From assembly GCA_964016885.1 (NCBI GenBank), contig OZ024755.1:19592001-19656000 (forward strand): a stretch of DNA of 64,000 nt, given 5' to 3'. The DNA comes from Eledone cirrhosa. Its lineage: Eukaryota. The position numbers were made by a program, and so were the translations under genes. The notes under the pieces are model-generated. The model was not told where the DNA came from, did not search any database, and worked only from the letters and a program-made list of their open reading frames with translations. Shown here one piece after another: positions 55,711 to 64,000 of the stretch; within the stretch, counting starts at the first letter, position 1; each line of letters starts with the position of its first letter.

Positions 55711-55741
<31 letters not shown>

Positions 55742-55790
55742 AATACACATACATGTATATATATATATATACAAACACACACACATACAC

Positions 55791-55846
<56 letters not shown>

Positions 55847-56080
55847 ATATATTTATTAATATATATATATTTATATATATTTATATATATATATATTTAT
55901 ATATATATATATTTATTTATATATATATTTATATATACACACACACACGTATATATATATCCATCTATACACACCTACGTATATATATACACACAATATA
56001 TAAATATATATACACACACGTATATATATAAATATATACACATACACACACACATATATATATAAATATATACACATACG

Positions 56081-56149
<69 letters not shown>

Positions 56150-56347
56150 ATATTTATGTGAACACATGCATACGGGTCCCATACTGAACTCTAACCATGT
56201 GTGTGTTTCTCGTCTGATTCAAAGACAGTTTATATAAATAGCCCGCATTCACGGAGGTTTATTAAGGTGAATTACACGCAGGTACTTGGCATGTATACAT
56301 ATATACCTCCTTCTCTCTCTCTTTACCGTTTCTTTACTCTCCCTCTT

Positions 56348-56386
<39 letters not shown>

Positions 56387-56395
<9 letters not shown>

Positions 56396-56516
56396 CGTAA
56401 AATAAGAAAATATTTAAAAAAAAATAAAAAAAAAAATTTTTACTTACTTACTCTAAGTAAGTAAAAAATTTAAAAAAAATTTTTTTTAAATATTTTCTTA
56501 TTTTACGTCTTTTATA
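56387..56516. repeat. Imperfect inverted repeat next to (TA)n
   Basis: ATAAAAGACGTAAAATAAGAAAATATTTAAAA...TTTTAAATATTTTCTTATTTTACGTCTTTTAT, centred on TTACTTACTT-ACTCT-AAGTAAGTAA. Confidence 0.85.
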
Positions 56517-56622
56517 TTATTGTTCTGCATCCTCCTGCATTGAACCACCTAGGTACTATGACATAATCTGTGTATTTACTGGCATGGACGTGCATCTGAG
56601 CGCTTATGTTAGTTGATATATT

Positions 56623-56687
<65 letters not shown>

Positions 56688-56692
<5 letters not shown>

Positions 56693-56893
56693 TGAGTGGT
56701 TAGAGAATTGGATTCGCAATCGTGAGGTTGTGATTTCGATTCCCGGACCGGGCGATGCGTTATGTCCTTGGGCAAGACACTTTACTTCACGTTGCTCCTT
56801 CTACCTGGAGTTGCGACCGATAGATAGTATTAGGAATTGGAAAGACCGAAGGAAACATTGTTTCCACGGTCCGATTTGAAGAAAGTCGATCGA
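56688..56893 (+). mobile_element. tRNA-derived CORE-type SINE family B
   Basis: A box TGGCTGAGTGG, B-box-like TTCGATTCC, and CORE-like TGTCCTTGGGCAAGACACTTTA. Confidence 0.85.
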
Positions 56894-57170
56894 AAAGAAA
56901 AAAATATATATATATTTATATATATATATTTACACACGTACACACATACACGCGTACACACACGCATACACATGCGCTCATTTCTCTCTCTCTCCTCACA
57001 TACACACGCATATAGGTACGTATTATTTTATAAACGAGAAAGCGAACTCATATATAAAGCAAAGTCCATATAATTAAATGTATATATATATATATATACA
57101 TACATCTATACATATACATATATCTATATACATGCTCACACACATCATATACCTACATATATATATATAT

Positions 57171-57206
<36 letters not shown>

Positions 57207-57667
57207 GTACACACACAAGCATATATTATTCAAATCTATAATGATTGTGGAGGATGTGTGCAGATGCTGGTGAACGTATAATGTAAGTCATACGTAAGGT
57301 TTCTATATCCTTTTACAACTGCAGTTTACTCAGCACGAGACTGACTAATGAAGTGATTAGCACAGGATTTGTAATCTTCTATGACACACCGTAGGCATTA
57401 ATACACCACATACAGACTATCATGTCAGGTAACATCCATACACATCCACCTCAGATATGGCGTGAAACCATGAGTAGATTTAATGATGTGTGTATATATG
57501 TGTGTTTGATAAATATCCATTTCTTCTTACGACTAGTGTTATACACTCACCATTTGGTGAGCAGATATAATCAGTATTGATAATATTCTGCTCACTCGAC
57601 AATATTAACGGATTGATAATGCTCAAAAGTTTGCTGATGTCATTTTATTATCATTTCCTTCCAGAGC

Positions 57668-57882
57668 AGGGTGGTGGATTGGCTTAGTATCGATAGAGGG
57701 TTGGACGCCAAGCATGGCAGCATAGGGTTACGGCTCTTTATGATATAAGTTCAAATCCGCCGAGGTTACCTTTGACTTTCATCCTTACGGGGTTGATAAA
57801 ATAAAGTACCAGTCACCAACTGGGGTCGAATTAATCGACTTCCCTTCCCCAAATTGCTGGCCTTGTGTCTATATAAGAAACC
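57668..57882 (+). mobile_element. SINE family A, long form
   Basis: Consensus match; TSD ATTATCATTTCCTTC(C)AGAGC on both sides. Confidence 0.9.
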
Positions 57883-57930
57883 ATTATCATTTCCTTCAGA
57901 GCTTTGTTCAGTTTATTTAAGATACCATGG

Positions 57931-57961
<31 letters not shown>

Positions 57962-58936
57962 ACCAAATGCAGTTCTGATCAAACAATCAATGGCCAACAA
58001 CGTTTCAGCTATGAGCATTACGCTTTTGATTTTCAGACAACAGACCTGTCAACTCCTCCCCCTTCGACGGATAGATCTCCACCCCCGTGAGCGAATTTAG
58101 ATTTGCATAAGAAAGTATTTCTTAAAAGCAAATTGAATTTTACAGTATAATTCATTTATATGGAATCCAGTTGTGGCGTTCTACTGATACAACCAACCTT
58201 CTTTGGTCTTCGGTAAGTAACTTGATGGGGTTCTTTAAAACTACTGCATCATGGATGAGTCATGGTAATTATTTAAAACACCAAAATGCTGTTATATTCA
58301 CTTTTGTTTCAACGATAGTATCACTGTCAAAGGATTTCGCCATACATCCATGACAATTTGGTACAAAATATCTGAGAAGGAACTGCTCATATACAATCAT
58401 ACGACAATCAAAGGAAGAAACCTTACATGATCACTTGACTTGTTAGAAGTAGCAACCACATGGACAGTTATTAAACGATTAATCGGCGGGTTAACCGATA
58501 TGGCCAATACCAATTATCTGACCATTATCGTATTATTATCTAATCGATCCTGGAAGGGTGGAAGGCATAGTTGAGAGAGGTGAGATTTGAACTCGGATGG
58601 TAAAGAATCGTATTAAACACTGCATATAATAAATACTGCCAAAAATAAAAGGAAGTATTTTTTTTTAGCACTCTAAGGAATTTATATTTTACAGCTCTTA
58701 TAGTACTTAAACAATAACAAGATTGTATATATTGGAGGAGGGATATCTTCTACATCTTCAGTGATCTCAGAAAACATGATTTTGGAACTAGATCTAATCT
58801 AGCTAGCTCTGTAAAGACATTCATTGTTCCAGATCGGGTTCTTTTCTTTGATACAATTGTTTAATGAAACCCACATTTATTTGAAATGTAGCTTTACTCT
58901 ACTTAGCTAATCACTTTGTATGCGACACACTACACT

Positions 58937-59017
<81 letters not shown>

Positions 59018-59112
59018 TATATATATAGATATATATGCATATATCTATATATTAATATATATATACATACGTACGTATTTATATATCTACATACATATAT
59101 ATATAGCTATAC

Positions 59113-59193
<81 letters not shown>

Positions 59194-59557
59194 TATATCT
59201 ATATACCTGTATAAATACACGCACACATATATATATACTTATATATATATACATACATATACACACACATATATACCTATATACATACACACATATATAT
59301 ATATATATATATACACACATACATAAACATACACACACAGACTATATATATATATATACATAAACATACACACACATATATATATTTAAATAAACATACA
59401 CACACATATATATATACCTAAACACACACACATATTTAAATATACATAAACACAAACACACACACACACATATATATACATAAACACACACACACACATA
59501 TATATATACATAAACACACACCGCACACATATCTACATAAACACACACACACGCGTA

Positions 59558-59591
<34 letters not shown>

Positions 59592-59624
59592 ATATATTAT
59601 ATATTAGGTAATTCCAAAGGAAAA

Positions 59625-59669
<45 letters not shown>

Positions 59670-59931
59670 AAAAGACTGAAGCTAAAGAGTTTTCAAATAA
59701 TGATTCGGTTGCCTGGAGAGCGATGGTTGGGTAATTGACTGTGTAGAACCTAGTTTTTGTTAGATTATTATCTTTTCAATATTTATACTTTTCCTTTCGT
59801 CTTTTCTGATTCAAAACGTCATTGAGGATGGAGAGTATTTGCTGATTTAATAAATGTCCATTGATGTTTAAGCTGAAATTAAAGTTGCTTTAACTACGTA
59901 CCGTAATATATACACTTGCGTAGTGGATTTG

Positions 59932-59986
<55 letters not shown>

Positions 59987-60045
59987 TGTAGATATATATG
60001 TAGTTATATATACATATATGTAGATATCTATATACATATATGCAG

Positions 60046-60076
<31 letters not shown>

Positions 60077-60218
60077 TATAAGCTAATGGACAGGTACGCA
60101 GTACAAACTACCATACATTATATACACACCCAATCAGACGCCATACGCTTAGCTATCTAATCTACCTATCTATATCTTTAGACACACACACACACATGTA
60201 TATATATATATATATACA

Positions 60219-60310
60219 AGTGAATAAATGAAATACTTACAAGCCGTTATAACAAGTTCTTTATATAAAGAACTTGTTATAACGGCTAGTAACTCCTTCA
60301 TTTATTCACT
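60219..60310. repeat. Palindrome next to (TA)n, with perfect core 60242-60287
   Basis: AGCCGTTATAACAAGTTCTTTAT|ATAAAGAACTTGTTATAACGGCT, plus imperfect outer arms. Confidence 0.9.
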
Positions 60311-60502
60311 ATTTTCTATATCCTCATTATACATTTGGGTTCAATGTAATCCTGTTACATAATTCTGAAGATGACACCTGATGAGATCGCCTTGCATCAT
60401 AGCTGGGCCATCGAACCATATATTCACTTGCTATATATAGTGATTTCGCGGAATTAAAATTCTAAAGTAAATTTTCCAGTCTTGCTTTCGGTTGTTATTT
60501 TA

Positions 60503-60557
<55 letters not shown>

Positions 60558-60561
60558 CATA

Positions 60562-60772
60562 TCGACAGTCGATCGACTTTCGTCAAATTGGACAGGGAAA
60601 ACAATGTTTCCGTTTGTCTTTCCAATTGCTAATACTATCTATCGGTCGCAACTCCATGTAGATAGAGCAACGTGAAATAAAGTGTCTTGCTCAAGGACAT
60701 AACGCATTGCCTGGTCCAGGAATCGAACTCACAATCTCACGATTGCGAATCCAATTCTCTTACCACTCAGCT
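60562..60772 (-). mobile_element. SINE family B
   Basis: Reverse-complement match to the 56688 copy. Confidence 0.85.
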
Positions 60773-61142
60773 ATGTATATATACATACAGTCATAGTAAC
60801 TGTAACCATGCTTACCACCTTAAAGAAAACAGTTGATTAAGTCGTTTATATCGAGCCATAACTCATTTGGAAGCGTAAAAAATAGTTAACCTGTATGAAG
60901 TGCGTCGATGTATTTATGTATTTCGTTTGAGCTTCGTTAGATAATTTCTACGGCGTTAAAACCTTCAAGCTTTTATCTACGTCACTTTACTGCATTGATT
61001 ATGCCACTAATATATCAACTATTCTTTAAAAAATATCACCAGATACATCAACATCTTTTATATCCATTGAGGGAAATGTATTGGTCAACAGGATACTGTC
61101 CAAACTCAAAAGGATCACCAAAATAAATATATACATAAAGTG

Positions 61143-61270
61143 AAGGCGTGTGGCTGAGTGGTTAGAGAATTGGATTCGCAATCGTAAGGTTGTGAGTTCG
61201 ATTCCTGGACCAGGTGATGCGTTATGTCCTTGGGCAAGACACTTTACTTCACGTTGCTCCTTCTACCTGG
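61143..61270 (+). mobile_element. SINE family B (5' part)
   Basis: Near-identical to the 56688 copy. Confidence 0.85.
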
Positions 61271-61367
61271 ATATATATATGTATATATATATATACATAT
61301 ATATATATATACATATATTATACATATATGTATATATATATGTATATATATATACATATATTATACA

Positions 61368-61421
<54 letters not shown>

Positions 61422-61839
61422 TATAGAGGATGAATCGACTCCAATACTTTTTTATCGATCTGAAATGGATGAAAGGCAAAGTTGACCTAGGAGGGATTTA
61501 AATTTAGAGAGCAGAGAACCAAAACGCAAAGCTCTCTATCCAACGTTCTAATGACTCAGCCAATTCACTGCCAAGCTATAATCTAGTGCTACAGAAATAA
61601 CTGCTTCCCTAGGATTCGAACCGAGTATCTGTCACTTGTTTGGTTTTCTGGTATAAACCCAGCATAATACTCCGTCTTCTAACACATTAGAATCACAGAT
61701 ATTTCGTAGTAATTTAATCACCAGAGCATTGATTGTTCTGCTACAGTCAAGATACCACATTGTTAAGCCAAACCCTGGACCTCCTGATTGTAAACCTATG
61801 CCTGCATTTTCTCTCTCACACACGTTTTCATTATATATA

Positions 61840-62008
61840 TATAGAAGGTTGGGCGCCATGCTTTCTAGCATAGTTGCGTCCCTTTACGGTCTGAGTTCAA
61901 ATCCCGTCAAGATTAACTTTGCCTTTCATCCTTACGGGGTCGATAAAATAAAGTACCAGTAATGTGCTGGGTAATTGCTGGCCTTGTGCCAAAAGTAGAA
62001 ACAATTAT
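61840..62008 (+). mobile_element. SINE family A; head-only copy at about 62345-62443
   Basis: Consensus match. Confidence 0.85.
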
Positions 62009-62596
62009 TATATATATATCACCTATGGACGCATTTACTTGCAGCCCTACAACAACTCTGTGTGTGTGTTTTATTGAAATTCATTTTGACATAGCCTGAA
62101 GTTTCAGTAATAAAACGGCTTCGTTATTGTCTCAGTCCGACTGTGTTTTTAAGGATTCACTACATTATGTCTTGTTGGATAGGTTTATTTGATCTTTCTG
62201 TCAATAAAATATTTTACAATATTTCACGTTTAGTATTTCAGTTCTACAATACCAACTTGAATACATTTTCATACATAATTTCTGATTTTTGTGGATCTTT
62301 TGTCTTATCAATATCTACATCATTATAAATAATTCGTCACAGTGAGGGCAGCGGATTGGCAACAATCGGTAGGGCATCGGGCAACCAACATGCTTTGCGG
62401 CATATTAGCTTTGTACCTTTTACGTTCTGAGGAGTTCGAATCCACACACACACGCGCGTGTGTGTGTGCGTGTGTGTGTGTGTGAGAGAGAGAGTGAGTG
62501 TGGGCAAAATGTAAACAGAAACAACAAAGCAAATGACACAGTACAATGAAGAAATATATTACTTTAACGCTTGATATTGTAGGTTAAAAAAAGATA

Positions 62597-62634
62597 ATCT
62601 TAACGTTTCGGATCCTAGCCTTTCATCGGAAGAT
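62597..62634 (-). ncRNA. Very minimal type I hammerhead motif (U4C variant)
   Basis: Minus strand reads ATCTT-CCGATGA-AAGGCTAGGATCC-GAAA-CG-TT-AAGAT, giving a 5-bp stem I, an ACGT palindromic stem III and a weak stem II. Confidence 0.55.
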
Positions 62635-62728
62635 AGTATGAGAAATAAAAGATGAAATAGAAAGACAGAGAGTGAAAAGAGGAAGGAACAGAAAAGAATG
62701 TTTGAGAAAAAACGTGTGTATTTTGTCG

Positions 62729-62812
<84 letters not shown>

Positions 62813-64000
62813 CAGGCATACACGTATTCACTCGTTCAAAGAAATAATTGCTGTCATATCTTTTCTTTACAAAATTCTCTCAAGTGGAATATTCATGAAA
62901 TGTCAGTGACCGATTAGTTTGGCATAAAGGCTTCTATGTTTGGATCCAATTAACGGTCTGACCCTGTTATAACCTCATGTGGGCTTTAACTTAACTAGTC
63001 ATTTCTTCTTAATAATCATTTAACAGAAGATAATAGAACGATCGATATCTATTTAGCTTGTAGTTTGCTATTTCACTGTCTGCAGACGACATAAATAAAT
63101 TGATTAAAAATTATAAAACTGAAAAGTAAAAACAACAGCAAAACAACGAATAAATCAAGACAATTCGTATTATTATCATTATAAGCTATTAGAAATCGTG
63201 GTTAGTTTATTTATATGTTGAAATGTCTGCCTCAAAAATAGAGATCTAACCCACCCACAAGATGTTTTCATTAATTGCAGCATTTTAATGTTTGCGAATG
63301 ATAGCTTAACAAAGTATGCTAGTTTTATTTGTTTCAGCATTAACTTAAACAAATAATATTGTTATGTTGGTTCATGACTAAAAATAGATTGTACTTTCGC
63401 AAATTCATATTTTTTTAAACCAATAAGTCTTGATATATTTGCATGAGATTTATTATATGATATTAGATCCTGTCAACAAAATCTCCATACAGTTTAAATA
63501 CACAACAAGTCTCCGATATCCGTATGGTTAAATGTCAGCAGAACAGCAAAAGAGGACCCAGGAGTCATGACCTGGATATGGCTCGGCCCCATAGTGTGTA
63601 AGAGGTTACAGCCCGAAACACTTGGGGTTTCTTTTCTGAAGACTTTCTGTTGTTCAGCTCTCCTGAGAGTCTCTTACCACATATAGTAATTCTTTGTTTC
63701 CATACAGCGTGTACACAGGATATCCCAACTCATGCTGGTTGGTCATGTAATATGGGAACTATATATAATATAGTAATATATATATCATGATATAGAAGTT
63801 AAGGGCTGAAACACTTGGTTGAAGGTGGGGGGGGATTTTGTCTCTGAAGACCTTCTGCTGTCAAACTCTCCTGAGGGTTTCTTACCAAACCTAAGTATGC
63901 ATTTTTGTCACAAATAAATCAACTCTCTTGCTCACGTTATTTTCAAACATGTAAGTAAACGTGGAAGAAACCATGTACGAAAACATATTTGTTAATAAGA

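Noticed and set aside
56688-56760. tRNA gene-like sequence (also 61143-61215)
   Set aside because: It continues into a CORE-like SINE body and is multi-copy, so it is a SINE head rather than a tRNA gene.
63610-63890. Two diverged direct repeats containing GAAAC and CTGAAGA, as possible hammerheads
   Set aside because: No consistent stems I-III could be built; treated as a local duplication.

Overview
This is AT-rich, repeat-saturated eukaryotic DNA with no supportable protein-coding gene. Nearly all listed ORFs are translations of micro- or minisatellites. The SINE families resemble those I recall from octopod cephalopods; this is an inference, not a database result. The window contains: about 20 copies of one tRNA-derived SINE (A); about 6 copies of a tRNA/CORE-type SINE (B); a hAT MITE, a Tc1/mariner MITE and a Helitron-like end; decayed fragments of RTE, R4/Dong-like, Tx1-like and Gypsy retroelements; a 1.66-kb 21-bp minisatellite that arose inside an RTE fragment; and a ~10-kb 59/60-bp C/A-rich satellite. 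The most notable signal is a set of short non-coding elements, mostly in or beside (TA)n tracts, that carry type I hammerhead-ribozyme folds (stem I-CUGANGA-stem II-GAAA-palindromic stem III-UH-stem I). They occur in several unrelated sequence families and are often folded back into long inverted repeats. They look like Penelope-like (PLE) pseudo-LTR or retrozyme-type non-autonomous elements. Coordinates were read by eye, and element ends are approximate unless a TSD or TIR is given.
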